DNA of 64,000 bases from Prorocentrum cordatum (GCA_963575745.1 CAUYUJ010000059.1:558001-622000), one strand, 5' to 3'. Shown: positions 11,108 to 24,666, counted from the first letter of the stretch. A program made the numbers and translations. Notes: a model not told the origin generated them from the sequence alone.

Positions 11108-12925
11108 TCTCCTCATCATCTTCCTCCTCCTCCTCCGCCTCCTCCTCCTCCTCGCTCCTCCTCCTCCTCTCTCCTCTCTCATCTGTCCTCTGTCCTCTGT
11201 CCTTCCTCCTCCTTCCTCCTCGCTCCTCCTCCCTCCTCCCTCCTCCCCCCTCTCTCCTCCCTCCCCCCTCCTCCTCATCCTCCTCCTCCTCCTCCTCCTC
11301 CTCCTCCTCCTCCTCCCTCCTCCTCCCCGCATCCTTCTCCACATCCTCCTCCTCCTCCTCCTCCTCCTCCTCCTCCTCCTCCTCCTCCTCCTCCTCTTCA
11401 TCGTCCTCCTCCTCCTCCTCCTCCTCCTCCTCCTCTCCTCCTCCTCCTCCTCCTCATCCTCCTCCTCCTCCTCCTCCTCCTCCTCCTCCTCCTCCTCCTC
11501 CTCCTCCTCCTCCTCCTCCTCCTCCTCCTCCTCCTCCTCCTCCTCCTCCTCCTCCTCCTCATCCCTCCTCCTCCTCCTCCATCCGTCCCTCCGTCCCTCC
11601 CTCCCCTCCCTCCCTCCTCCCTCCCTCCCTCCCTCCCTCCTCCTCCTCCCTCCTCCCTCCTCCTCCCTCCTCCTCCTCCCTCCTCTCTCCTCTCTCCTCT
11701 CTCCTCTCTCCTCCTCGCTTCTCCTCTCTCCTTCCTCCTCCCTCCTCCTTCATCTCTCCTCCCTCCCCCCTCCCCCCTCCTCTTCTTCTTATCATTATCC
11801 TCCTCTTTCTCCTCCGCCTCCTCCTCATCTTCATCACCCTTCTCCTCCTCCTCCTCCTCATCATCATCATCATCATCATCAGCAGCAGCATCATCATCCT
11901 CATTATCCTCCTCTTCCTCCTCATCCTCCTCCTCCTCCTCCTCCTCCTCCTCCTCCTCCTCCTCCTCCTCCTCCTCTTATCTCTCCTGTCTCATGTTTCC
12001 TCTCTCCTCTCTCCTCTCTCCTCCCCTCTTCCTCCTCCATCCTCCATCATCCCCCTCCCTCATTCCTCCTCTGTCCTCTTCCACATCTCCTCAGCATGCT
12101 TCTGACCAGCATCATCATCATCCTCATCATCATCAGCAGCAGCAGCAGAAGCAGCATCATCATCGTCATCAACAGCAGCATCAACATCAGCATCAGCATC
12201 CGCATCATCACCATCATCAGCATCAGCAGTATCACCAGCATAAGCAGCATCATCGTCAGCAGCAGAATCATTAGCATCCTCACATTCCTTCTCCTCCTCC
12301 TCTTTCTCCTCATCAGCATTATCCTCATCAGCATCATCATCCTCACCAGCATCATCAGCATCATCAGTGTCCTTATCCTCCTCCTCATCCTCCTCCTCCT
12401 CCTACTCCTCCTCCTCGTGTTCCTCCCCGTCATCCTTATCCTCCTCCGCCTCCTCCTCTTCCTCATCCTCCTCATCTGCATCCTCCTCCGCATCCTCCTC
12501 CGCATCCTCCTTCTACTCCTCATCCTCCTCCGCCTCCTGATCCTCATCATCATCAACAGCAGCAGCATCATCATCAGCATCCTCATCCTCACGCATCCCT
12601 CCCTCCACCCTCCTCCCTGCTTCCTCCCTCTCTCCTCGCTCCTCCCTTCTTCCTCCTCCCTCCTCCTTCCTCATTTCTCAGCCCTCCCTCCTCCCTCATC
12701 CGCTTCCTCCGACTCCGCCTCTTCATCCTCCTCATTCTCCTCGTCCTCCTCCTCATCCTCCTCATTCTCCTCCCCCACCGCCACCTCCTCCGCATCATCC
12801 TCCTCATTTTCCTCACCCTCATCCGCTTGTTAATCCTCATCATCATCCTCCTCCGTCATCCTCCCCCTCATCATCCTCTTGCCACCCCCCCCTTCCTCCC
12901 CTCCTCCTCCTCCTCCTCCTCCTCC

Positions 12926-12965
<40 letters not shown>

Positions 12966-13145
12966 CATCCTCATCCTCATCCTCATCCTCATCCCCCTCC
13001 TCTTCATCCTTCTCTTCCTCTTACTCCGCCTCCTCCTCATCATCATCATCCTCCCCTTCCTCCTCCTCCTCCTCCTCCTCCTCCTCCTCCTCCTCCTCCT
13101 CATCCTCATCCTCATCCTCATCCTCATCCTCATCCTCCTCCTCCG
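11108..13145. repeat. ~2-kb compound low-complexity tract (CCT/CAT/CAG trinucleotides)
   Basis: Continuous pyrimidine-rich trinucleotide mosaic. Confidence 0.97.
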
Positions 13146-15012
13146 CATCCCCCATGGCGTCCAGAAAGTGCCACGCGTGCTGTGCATGGACGACTAGGGC
13201 GTGTAGACACCGCGGTGAGAGACCACCCCCTGCGCATCCCATATGGTGTCGAGAAGGTGCCACCCCTGCTGTGCATGGGCGACTAGGGCGTATACACACC
13301 GCGGTGAGGGACCACCACTTGCGAACCCCTGTGATGTCGAGAAAGTGCCACGCTTGCTGTGCTTGGGCGACTGGGGCGTATATAGAGACCGCGGAGAGAG
13401 ACCACCCCCTGCGCACCCTTTGCGGCGCCGAAGAAGTGCCACGCTTGCCACGCCTTGCGAGCCCGAAACGGATAGCGACCGCACCGCCAGCGCACTTTTT
13501 TTGTGGCATCGAGGATGCGCCACGCTTGCCACACTTCGCGAGCGCCCGAAACGGATAGCGACCGCACCCCCAAGGCAGCGCCTGCCATACCTTGCCGTAC
13601 ATTGCGAGTCCGAAACGGATAGCGACCGCATCCCGGTGACCCCTTTTGTATCGTCGATAAGCTCCCACGCTTGCCACACTTTGCGAACCCGAAACGGATA
13701 GCGACCGCACCCCCAACGACCCCCTTCTATGGCATCGAGAAAGTGCCACACTTGCCACGGCTTGCGAGCCCGAAACGGATAGCGACCGCACCCCCAGCGC
13801 ACCCCATGTGGCATCGAGAAAGTGTCGCTTTGGCCGCGTTTGTCCAGCCCGAAACGGATAGCGACCGCACCCCTTAAGACACCCCTTGCAACGTCGATAA
13901 GTTGCCACACGTTGCGAGCCCGACACGGATAGCGACCGCACCCCTTAGGGCACCCCCTGTGGCGTCAGCGAAGTGCCGCGCCAGCCATGCTTTGCGAGCC
14001 CGAAACGGATAGCGACCGCACCCCGAGGACCCCCCTTGCAACGTCGATGAATTGCCACGCCTGCCACACTTTGCGAGCCCGAAACGGATAGCAACCGCAC
14101 CCCTTGCGCACCCCAATTTATGGCATCGAGAAAGTGCCACACCTTCCGCGCTTTGCGAGCCCGAACGGAAAGCGACCGCACCCCCAGCGCACCCCCGTGC
14201 GGCATCGAGAAAGTGTCGCCTTTGCCACGCGTTTCCAGCCTGAAGACGGATAGCGACCGCACCCCTTAAGGCACCCCTTGTGGCGTCAACGAAGTGCCGC
14301 GCCAGCCATGCTTTGCGAGCCCGAAACGGATAGCGACCGCACCCCCATGACACCCCCTTGCAACGCCGATAGGTTCCACGCTTGCCACACATGGCGAGCC
14401 CGAAACGGATAGCGACCGCACCCCCAGCGCACCCCTTTTGCGGCATCGAGGAAGTGCCACGCTTGCCACACTCTGCGAGCCCAAAACGGATAGCGACCGT
14501 ACCCTTTTACGTTCCCTGTGGCGTTGAGAAGCTCCCACGCTTGCCACGGCTTGCGAGCCCGAAACGGATAGCGACCGCACCCCCATGGCACCCCCGGCAA
14601 CGTCGATAAATTGCCACGCCCACCATGCTTTGCGAGCTTGCAACGCACAGAGACCGCACCCCCAGCGCTCCCCCCTTGCGGTGTCCAGAGAGTGCCACGC
14701 CTGCCGTGCCCTGCGAGCCGTGCCCTGCGAGCCTTCGGTGCCCAGCCTGTGGCGCATACGTCCTGGGTGTGTGGTGCAGTGAGCACGCCAGGCGTACACT
14801 GGCGTTGTTCGTGTACGTGTGTGCGAGTATGTGCATGCGTGCGGCTGCATGGGGACGCGTGCCTCGTGTGCGTGCCGTGCCTGTGTTGCGCGTGGGCGAG
14901 GCGAGAGAAGACGAGGAGCTGAGGAGGGAGGAGGAAGGGAGGTGAGTGTGTGATGGAGACGCGGGTGCGCCGCGGGTGGAAACAAAATTACGCTACCGAG
15001 GAACCCCACGTA
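13146..15012. mobile_element. Satellite-carrying element, copy 1: ~80-bp tandem array plus conserved GT-rich tail
   Basis: CCCGAAACGGATAGCGACCGCA recurs about every 80 bp from ~13462 to ~14558. The tail (14750-15010) is homologous to 16088-16310. Confidence 0.85.
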
Positions 15013-15179
15013 CTTATTTTATGTCCTGCGTGATCTCTTCCCTCCTCCTCCTCCTCCTCCGCCTCCTCCTCCTCCTCGTCCTCCCCCCTCCTCCTCCTCC
15101 TCCATCCTCCATCCTCCTCCTTCCTCCTCCCTTCGGCGCGGCAAGAGAGGATGGGGGTCACCGAGGGCAGTCTGATGGA

Positions 15180-15608
15180 ACGAGGCGTGGAGAAAGTGCT
15201 TGTAGGTAAAGGCATCAGGAAGAACCCTTGGACGGAAAGTCTCTGGGAGCGCCCTTCGATGGAAAATCATTGGGCGGCGGCAACCAACATGACGTCGCTT
15301 GCGACGAAAACATCGCTCACCTGGAACGGCGGGGCGCTGACGCCGACGCTTCATCATTTCATCGACTCAACCAATGCCGTTATGAACGATTGTTGCTCTT
15401 GCGTGAACCATTCAATCAATTTTTCCGTTTCCTCTGACCTTCTCCAGCTCCTCCAGACGGCATCTTCCGCCAGTATGAGATATTGATTGTGTCGGCAAAG
15501 TAGCGCCAGTTTCACATGGTCGCTCCGCGTAGTCTGGAGACTAAGCTGAATTTTCGAGTTTTGGTGGGCGAGCAGCAACTTCGCGCTGAGCAACAGAGTC
15601 CACTTGCA
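15180..15608 (-). pseudogene. Possible decayed coding fragment
   Basis: Unique sequence reading KIQLSLQTTRSDHVKLALLCRHNQYLILAEDAVWRSWRRSEETEKLIEWFTQEQQSFITALVESMK, then stops. No family recognised. Confidence 0.2.
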
Positions 15609-15609
15609 A

Positions 15610-16352
15610 GCGCACCCCCTGTGGCGTCGAGAAAGTGACACGCCTGCCACGCGTTGCGAGCCCGAAACGGATAGCGACCGCACCCCCAGCGCACCCCCTG
15701 TGGCGTCGAGGAAATGTCACGCCTGCCATTGCGAGGCCGAAACGGATAGCGACCGCACCCCCAGCGCACCCCCTGTGGCGTCGAGAAGACACGTTTGCCA
15801 CGCTTTGCAAGGCCGAAACGGATAGCGACCGCACCCCAAGCGCACCCCCTGTGGCGTCGAGGAAATGTCACGCTTGCCACGCTTTGCGAGCCCGAAACGC
15901 ATAGTGACCGCACCCCCTGCGCACCCCTTGTGGCGTCGAGGACGTGTCGCGCCTGCCACGCTTTGCGAGCCCGAAACAGCGACCGCATCCCTTGCGCACC
16001 CCCTTTGTAGCATCGAGAAGAGGCACGCTGTGAGATATGTGTCAGGCTGTATGTGGACGTGTGTCTCATGGGTGTGCCCATTATGTAGCGCATACGTCGT
16101 GGGTGTATGATGCAGTGAACACGCCAGGCGTGCACTAGCTTTGTATGGTGTGTGTGTGTGCGAGTGTGCGCATGCGTGCGGCTGTATGTAGACGCGTGTC
16201 TCATGTACGTGCCGTGCCGGTGTTGCGCGTGAGTGAGAAGAGGAAAAGGGAGGAGGGAAGGAGAAGGAGACGCGGGTGCAACGCTGCAGGGAAGAAAACC
16301 AGAACCCCACGAAACATGTGGGGAACAAGAACCCCACTAAACATTTGGGGAA
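15610..16352 (-). mobile_element. Satellite-carrying HINE-like element, copy 2 (~78-bp array) with duplicated terminal hairpin
   Basis: Five array units (15661-15990), the same tail as copy 1, ending AACCCCACGAAACATGTGGGGAA (to 16325) and AACCCCACTAAACATTTGGGGAA (to 16352). Confidence 0.8.
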
Positions 16353-17002
16353 CAACAGGGGGAAAAGGGGGAGCTGGAAGGCTGAAGGTGTGTGTAGGAG
16401 GTGGGCAGCAAAGGAAGGAGGAGGAGGAGGGAAAAGTCTAGAAGGATGAGGAGGGGGGAGAAGGAGGAGGAGGAGGGAAATGAAGGATGGGGCGGAGTGC
16501 ATGAGCGACTGCTAACAAAATCTGAGAATGTATTATGTTGCGTCCACCCTGTAATTCTCTGAGCTCCATATGGTAGTCGACGAAGCTATAGAGAGTGAAG
16601 AGGCAAACTGAAGAGGACAACATGATCATAAGATGGTTTCCACCACCCGTTTGACTAAATATTTTGCAGGTCCCTCAGGTAGGAGGAAGAAGAGGAGGAG
16701 GAGGAGAGGGGATGAATTGGAGAAGGAGGGAGGTAACGCGTGCCGGGTCCGCGCGCTTCCCAATGGCAGGTAGACAAGGCGTCCGGTCCGTGGAAGAGCT
16801 ACGAGGACGGGGAGTATTGCTTCCATTACATCTCGGAAATCGGCAACGGCACGACGCCGCCAGCCCCAGACCATTTCGAGCGTTTCGTTTTTTATACATA
16901 TATATAGTATATACATATACGTACACATACATGCATGCACATATCTATTTAGATATATGCATAAACATACACATACATATATATATATATAGAGATATAT
17001 GA

Positions 17003-17284
17003 TACCGGAGAAAACCCAATCAGGGCTATACGGCTAGGGGACTATAGGGATATTGAGCTATAGGGCTATAGAGCCATAGTGCTGTAGGGCTATTGGGCTA
17101 CAGGGCTATAGGGCCATAGGGCACCCCCGGGCACCCCCGGGCACGCCCGGGCACCCGGGCACCCGGGCACCCGGGCACCCCTGGGCACCCGGGCACCCGG
17201 GCGTGCGGTGAAAATCGGCGGCAAACCTAACCTAACCATATGAATCCGCTAGGACCCCTACAGAGGCAAGCTCTGATTGGGGAA
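17003..17284 (-). mobile_element. Short HINE-like element with (GGGCTATA)n and (GGGCACCC)n arrays, copy 1
   Basis: Subterminal inverted repeats CCCAATCAGGGCT (17015-17027) and AGCTCTGATTGGG (17269-17281), 12/13. Terminal hairpin CCCC..CAGAG-GCAAG-CTCTG..GGGG followed by AA. Second copy ends at 37693. Confidence 0.8.
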
Positions 17285-18290
17285 TATATACCTGGGCACG
17301 AGGCGGGAGTGGCGGGAGGGGGGCCCTGATTCTCCATGGGGGCACCGGGCCGCCAGGGACGCCCCTAGACGGCCCATGACAGCCCCAAATCGTATGAAAA
17401 CAGCCGCGAGAGGCCTCCAAAAGGGCGACAGTCGCTGAACTATTGTTCTAACACGCCCATGATGGCCTCCGGATGGCCCACAAGCCTTCCAACACGGCCC
17501 AAGCGGTCGTCAAGAGCACTCGCAAAAGGGCCCCAAGAAGCTAAAACCATTGATTTTCATTCGACCTTTGCACATTTTAGCGATTATGCCTGTTCCGCTC
17601 CACGACGGTCCAGGATACCCAAACATCGTCCAAACAGCTCCCACGAGGGCTCCAAGACGGCCCAGGGCCGCCACCAGACGGCCCAAGACAGCCCCAACAC
17701 ATTTGAAAACGGCCGCGAGAGCGTCAAAGAGAGCTCGAAACGCGAACATATCGCTCGAACACGCCCAAGATGGCCTCCAGATGGCCCAAAAGGCTTCCCA
17801 CACGGCCCAAGGGGTCTCCAAGAGCACTCCTCCAAGGGCCCCAAGAAGCCAAAATCGTTAATTATCTTTAGTTGTTTTATGGATTTCAGCAATTCTGCCT
17901 GTTCAGCGACCCGACGCTCCAAGACGGTCCCGGACACCCAAATATAGCCCCTACAGGCCCCCACGAGGGCGCCAAGACAAGACGGCCCAGGGACGCCCCC
18001 AGACGGCCCAAGACAGCCCCAAAACGTATGAAAATGGCCGCGAGAGGCCTCAAAGAGGGCTACAGTCGCGGAACTGTCGTTCTAACATCCCGAAGATGGC
18101 CTCGGGATGGCCCGAAAGGCTTCCAACACGGTCCAAGGGGTCCCCAAGAGCATTCCCAACCCCCACGAAGACCCAAGAGGTTCGACGCACGACTCTGTCA
18201 CGCGCCTGTGCTTGATAGCGCTGGCCAAGATCTTCCAGCGCCTCCCCCGGCTTGGGTTAGAACCTGAGCGCGCGCGAAGTGCGCGCGATG
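17285..18290 (+). mobile_element. 'GGCCCAAGA'-rich dispersed repeat ending in a GC hairpin
   Basis: Internal ~300-bp duplications (ATGGCCTC..GATGGCCC at ~17462, 17770, 18096). Terminus AGAACCTGAGCGCGCGCGAAGTGCGCGCG is shared in reverse orientation with 52993-53022. Confidence 0.7.
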
Positions 18291-18575
18291 TTTCCAGCAC
18301 ATAGGTATACAACACATACATACATACATAAATACATACACACACATACATACGTACGCACATACGTACAGACGTACATACATATACACATATACCTATA
18401 TATGCATATATATATATGTATGCATGTTATCAAAATGTACGACGGTATCAAGTTGCCGGCATGCTTGCGGCAAGTTCCGCCACCATGCTAGCCCAACATG
18501 TTGGGTGGCGATTGTTCAAGAGTGTACTGGAGGCCGTCACATGTGACACCTCGTGTCTCCAGGCTTGGGAAAGTC

Positions 18576-19140
18576 GAGATGACGATGACGATGAGTATGA
18601 TAGTGTTGATGATGCAGATGGTGGTGGTGACGATGATGCGGGTGGTGATGGTGATGGTGATGATGGTGATGATGCTGCTGTTGATGGTGGTGATGATAAT
18701 TATGATGGTGGTGGACTGATGGTGATGGTGATGATGCTAATGGCGATGATAATGGTGATGGTGATAATGATTATGAAGATGGTGGTGGCGGTGGTGGTGA
18801 TGATGATTTTGAGTATGATGATGATGATGACGGTGATGATGACGATCAGCATGAAGATGATGGTGATGATGAAGATGAAGATGATGATGTTGATGCTGAT
18901 ATTGGTGATGGTGATGATGACGATGACGACGACGACGACGATGATGATGATGATGATGATGAGTGCGGTGACGGTGGTGGTGATGATGATGTTGATGTGG
19001 ATGATGATTACGATGATGATGACCATGATGATTATGGTGATGATGATGGTGATGGTGATGGTGATGGTGATAATGATTATGGTGTTGGTGGTGGTAATGA
19101 TGGTTGTGATGATGATGGTGATGGTGGTGATGATGATAAC
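18576..19140. repeat. (GAT/GGT)n microsatellite
   Basis: Continuous GAT/GGT/GAC trinucleotide tract. Confidence 0.97.
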
Positions 19141-20169
19141 GAGGTTCAAAGGCTGAAATTTGCATAGGCAAGATGCCGCGACGCGGCTGGCCCGAATTAC
19201 GGGCCGATCTCCTCCTCGGGGAGAGACCAAAGTTCAGCACCCTCGGCCAAAGCGACGACGTCACAATATTGAACATCGATCAAAAAGGAAGATCCGCCCC
19301 ACCACCCGCGCAGAGGGGGGCAGGGAGGAGTGGGGAAGGTTTCTTAGAAGGAGCCTCCCCTCCCCTCCCCCTCTGCCCCCTTTTGCGCGCCACCGCCCGC
19401 TCCAAGCCAGACCATGGCCAGGCCATGCCTGGTGCTCCCAAGCTTCCAGGCGCCGCGAGAGCGAAAAAGTATTCTGCACAACTTCGACCTGGAGGCCTGT
19501 GCTCGGGTCCCGGGGCCATCACATCAAGCAAAGACCTGTGGCGAGACGCCGGTCCCGATGGTGGTGTCGAGGGCTCCCGGGCCCCACATGGTAAGACATC
19601 ACCGCGTCGGGGGGCTGGGTGGGAGTTGGCTTCCGTGGCCACGCAGCCTTGGAAGGCCCGCGATGCACGCGGCTGGGGCCGGTGGCGGCGTGCAGCCGCC
19701 GGTTTTCGAGCATCCTCGACCTCGAGGCGGACCTCGTGTACCTCGCCATGGCCCCAGGGGGGTAGGAGTAAGAGGAAGGGGGCGGGGGAAGTGAGGGAGG
19801 ATGAGCAGCAGCAGCTGGAGGGAAGGACAAGGCAGGACGAGGAGGACGAGGAGAAGAGGGGCTTGACGCAACAGCCTCGCCGCTCATGTTTGCCTAACGC
19901 CAAAGTGGAGGAGAAGGGGAGACGCGGAGGGAGAGGAGTGGGAGAAGGACTGCAGGGGAGGGAGGATTGGACGAGGAGGAAAGGTGATTAATGAGCAGGA
20001 GAGAAGGGGGCGAGGGGGGAGGAGGAGCAGGGGAATGGAGTAGAAGAAGAAGAAGATGATGATGACGAAAACGCCGACGAGCACAAGGAGGACGAGGAGA
20101 AGAAGACGAGGATAATGATGATAAGGAGGAGGAGGAGGACGACGACGACGACGACGGCAATGAGTTTAT

Positions 20170-21045
20170 GTCACATCGACATGCGGGATACTGCAGCATG
20201 CCGAAGAGGGAGGCTTGCGTCTTGTCCAGGAGAAGCAATGTGTCTGCCAATCGGAAAATCCTATCGCAGGAGGCTGTTCTCAAAGTCTCGCACGCACGCT
20301 TGTGCAAGCATAGTGCTCAAGCAAAGCGGTGTACGCCCCAACTCAGGCTTATTAGTCACCAGATGCTGTCGAACAAAATTGACGAGTCATCGTCATAGTC
20401 TTTGTATCTGGAGGGCATGCCGTAGTAGCTATTGTATTGTCATCACGTCGTAATGATAATCGTGTCCATTGAGATGTTGGAGTGCAGGTTCCAACCGATC
20501 TAGCTGGATACGGACTGTAGGCGTGCGTGCATCGTCCCTGATAGGGGACGAAGGAAGGAGCTTCGTGGCGAAGGCGCCGGCGTCGAAGATGTTGTCGTGT
20601 TTCTCCGAGCCCACCGCGATAGCTTCGACGACTGTCTCAGAAAGCCTACACGTGGTGGCCACGTCCGCCTCGCATTCCAGGAGTAGCATGGCCAGTGCCA
20701 GCCTGGAGGGGCAGTGCCTCCGCATCCTCTTCGCTACATCCTTCACGTCGTGCTTCACGTCGGGGACATCTGAGCGACACTAAAAAAAAGGTGGTTGTCT
20801 GTGCCGACATTGGCGCGTAAGCTGCCCGCGCAAGGTCGCGCCTAAGCGCCCTCGTCTCCATTGTGGCTTGACGCGCTGGTGGCCCGCGTAACTCATCGAG
20901 TGAGGTCGCTATGTCATCTCGCGTAAGCCCCGTCAGTGTTCGTCGCTCACCTGAGGTCTGGATTCCCCGAGTGACCCTCGCGACTGCCTCGAGGTCCGCT
21001 CCTGCTGTCGCCTCGGGGCTCTTGCCGGTGCTGCTCTGCGCCATC
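20170..21045 (-). pseudogene. Possible decayed or frameshifted coding region, product unknown
   Basis: Protein-like readings MAQSSTGKSPEATAGADLEAVARVTRG...RRDLARAAYAP, then in a shifted frame DVKHDVKDVAKRMRRHCPSRLALAMLLLECEAD...NIFDAGAFATKLL, followed by stops. Confidence 0.3.
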
Positions 21046-21052
21046 GCAGAGG

Positions 21053-21063
21053 GCGACGAGGAC

Positions 21064-21159
<96 letters not shown>

Positions 21160-21161
21160 AT

Positions 21162-21216
<55 letters not shown>

Positions 21217-21410
21217 GCGACGACGACGATGGCGACGACGGCGGCGGCGATGACGACGACGACGACGACGACGATGCTGCCCCAGTCCTGGCCCGTCCTG
21301 GGCCCAGGAGCGGGGTCTATGATCCCGGGCTCCGGGCCCACGGGCCCGTACCCCCCCCAAGATGGGATGGGTCCCAGGGCTCCTCGCCCCCCACGGACGC
21401 GACGGGGGGG

Positions 21411-21508
<98 letters not shown>

Positions 21509-21543
21509 CGACGACGATGACGACGACGGCGACGACGACGGCG

Positions 21544-21641
<98 letters not shown>

Positions 21642-21886
21642 CGCCGCGCGCCGCCCGCCGCCGACCTCTGGAGCCCTCCGACGACGACGACGGTGGCGGC
21701 GGCGACGACGACGACGGCCTCCGAAGCTCTTCTGGAGCACCACAGTACCACGCCACGCACGCCACACCCACAGCACCACACCACACCCACAGGGGGGGGG
21801 GGCCATCGCGCGGGGAAGGGGGGCCGATGGCTTCAGCATGAGGGGGGGGGGGGCCCCCGTCCCGCCCCAGATGGGATGGAGGGGGA

Positions 21887-21918
<32 letters not shown>

Positions 21919-21950
21919 CACCACGACCACGACGACGACGACGTCGGCGG

Positions 21951-21993
<43 letters not shown>

Positions 21994-22010
21994 CACGACG
22001 ACGACGACGA

Positions 22011-22046
<36 letters not shown>

Positions 22047-22089
22047 AGACGACGACGACGACGACGGCGGCGACGACGGCGACGGCGAA

Positions 22090-22136
<47 letters not shown>

Positions 22137-22160
22137 CGGCGACGACGACGACGACGACGG

Positions 22161-22194
<34 letters not shown>

Positions 22195-22410
22195 AACTTC
22201 GACGACGACGACGACGACGACGACGACCTCGGGAGCCCTCCGACGACGACGACGGCGGCGGCGGTGACGACGACCTCCGGAGCTCTCCTGGAGCACCATA
22301 GTACCACGCCACACACGCCACACCCACAGCACCACACCACGCCCACAGGGGGGGGGCGGGGGACCATCGCGCGGGGGGGGGGGGCCGATGGCATCAGCAT
22401 GAAGGGGGGG
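21053..22410. repeat. (GAC)n microsatellite interleaved with a duplicated ~135-bp module
   Basis: GAC runs separated by two copies of CTGGAGCACCA.AGTACCACGCCAC.CACGCCACACCCACAGCACC...GCCGATGGC.TCAGCATGA (~21720-21850 and ~22275-22410). Confidence 0.93.
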
Positions 22411-23032
22411 CCCAGACCCCGGACCGTACGTGCCTGCCTGGCCCAGGCAGGAGCGCGTATACGCCCTTCCTGGGCCCAGGATGGGCCAGGCCTGGGGCAG
22501 CGGATGTGCATAGATGTCGTCGCCCTGTCACGTCGAGCTCGGACTGCATCGTGTGGGCGAGGGTGGAGCAGCCGCACACGCGGTGCGGAGCGATGCCAGA
22601 GGCGGCAGGCCAAGGACAGCGCCGGAATGACGAGTACGATGTTGGTTTCTGTGCCCATTCGCCTGTGCGCGCGGGCGCCACGCACCCGCAGGCGGGGCGC
22701 CGCTGCTCGCCATGGAAGCAGCGGGTCCCGAGGGCCACGAGTCTTGAGTCGGGCCTGTCACTCTACAGGAGGAATGCTCAAAAATAGTCAAAAAGTAGTC
22801 TGGGACTTTTTTTTGTATTTTTTGACCAGTTGGGAATATTTGTTGGGTTTTTGTTTTTTCGTCGAAAATCCCCCTGTAGGGGGATACGCCCGACTTAACC
22901 CTCGGGGCCCTCACGCGGACGCGAGGGCGGTCCGAAAACGACGCAGGACCAAGAGCTCGTCCTGGGAGAAGGCACCTGGGGCCAGGACCCGTCCACCTGC
23001 TCCCGCCACAAAGGGGGGGGGGGCGTTCCGCT

Positions 23033-23198
23033 CGTCCTCCTCCTCCTCCTCTCCTTTCTCCTCGTCCTCCTCCTCGTCGTCCTCTTCTTCCTCCTCCTCA
23101 TCATCAGCATCATCATCCGCATCCGCATCTACCTCCGCCTCCTCTTCTTCCTCCACCTCCTGCACTCCTCCTCCTCCTCCTCCTCCTCGTCATCATCC

Positions 23199-23260
<62 letters not shown>

Positions 23261-23690
23261 GTCATCGTCATCATCATCATCAGCAGCATCATCATCATCA
23301 TCCTACACCTCCTCCTGCTCCTCCTCCTCCTCCTGCTCCTCATTCTCCTCCTCCTCCTCCTCCGCCTCCTCTTCTTCCTCCACCTCCTGCACTCCTCCTC
23401 CTCCTCCTCATCATCCTCTCCTCCTCCTCCTCCTCCTCCTCCTCCTCCTCCTCCTCCTCATGCTTCTCCTCCTCCTCCTCCTCCTCCTCCTGCGCTCCCG
23501 CACTCGTGCCTAACGTGGTCGCCTGCTCGCTCCTCCTCGTCCTTCTTCAGGCCTCTAGGGCCCACGCGGAGCAACAGTCCTGCGGCAAGAGGGGGCGCGC
23601 GAGGAGGAGGAGGAGGAGGAGGAGGAGGAGGAGGAGGAGGAGAAAGAGGAGGAGGAGGAGGAGGAGGAGGAGGAGGAGGAGGAGGAGCAG
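23033..23690. repeat. (CCT)n/(CAT)n tract and adjacent (GGA)n tract
   Basis: Direct inspection. Confidence 0.95.
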
Positions 23691-24222
23691 CCACGGAGGA
23701 CAGGAGGGAGTGCAAGGGCACTCACAGCTGAAAGCATTTCAGGATGGGCGCGCTGGGGCGGCCAGCTGGGGCTGAAGCAGGCCTCGTTTTCGGCCTCTCG
23801 AGGCCCTTGCCTGGCCTCGGGGCCGTCAAGAACGACTCGGGACGATGTCGGGGGGTCGAGGGTTGCAGGAGAGTGGCCCCAGAGGGGTCCCAGACGGCCC
23901 CAGACACTGCCCCCGCGGGCCCAAGAGGTGCACGGTGGGCGCACGTGTCCTGATCCCACGACTGCTGCCCCCCGCTCGCGAGGACCCGAGTGCCGCAGCC
24001 AGGTCGGGCTCGAGGCGCCCCGAGAGCCCGGGGCCCTGCCCGCCATGGCTCTGTAGGCTCCCGGCGTCCCCAGCCTGTCAGGGGCGGCCCAGCAGACCCC
24101 TGGCAAAGCGTCCCCGTCCGTGACGCCCCCCCTCGCCTCGCCCCGAGACGCTCGTGCGCGGCCGGAGGGAAGCTTGAGAGGCGAGGGGGGGCATCACGGT
24201 AGGGGATGGCTTGCTTCGAAAC

Positions 24223-24388
24223 AACGCCGTGAACGTAAGCTTTTGGCGCTCCGCGCGGATTCCTTGGATCCGCGCTGGGCCCCCCCTGGCGGCGCCTCCG
24301 GCGCCGCCCCTGGCGCTCTCCGCGCGAGGGGGGTCCAGCGGAGATCCAAGAAGTCCGCACGGAGCGCCCCAAAAGCCTTATGCTTGGC
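24223..24388. mobile_element. Hairpin MITE, copy 2
   Basis: TAAGCTTTTGGCGCTCCGCGCGGATTCCTTGGATCCGCGCTGG pairs with CCAGCGGAGATCCAAGAAGTCCGCACGGAGCGCCCCAAAAGCCTTA. Homologous to 7769-7955. Confidence 0.75.
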
Positions 24389-24666
24389 TGCCTCGATACG
24401 CCCGTTTTGATACGCAACACGTGCCGTGTTCACAACGTCCGTGTCAATACGTTGCGTGTTGGCTCAACGTGTTGGCCCACGTTTTGGCGAACGCATCGCG
24501 TCAGACCCGCGTGTTCAGTCTGCGTGTCGAGCTCCGCATCGATGCGCTGCGTGCTGCGTGCTGCGTAGCGGGGCAGCTGAGGTCTTAGGCTGATGCAGCT
24601 GTGTTCTCCTCGGCGGCTGCGAGGGGTCGGCGGGGCCGCGCCCAGAGCCCAGCCCGGGGGCAGGCC

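Noticed and set aside
10870..13558. Long poly-P/S/L/H/I ORFs
   Set aside because: Translations of trinucleotide microsatellite, open in several frames on both strands.
20911..23775. 954-aa ORF (and overlapping 679-aa and 462-aa ORFs)
   Set aside because: Open only because (GAC)n, (CCT)n and (CAT)n tracts lack stops; the translation is homopolymer runs.
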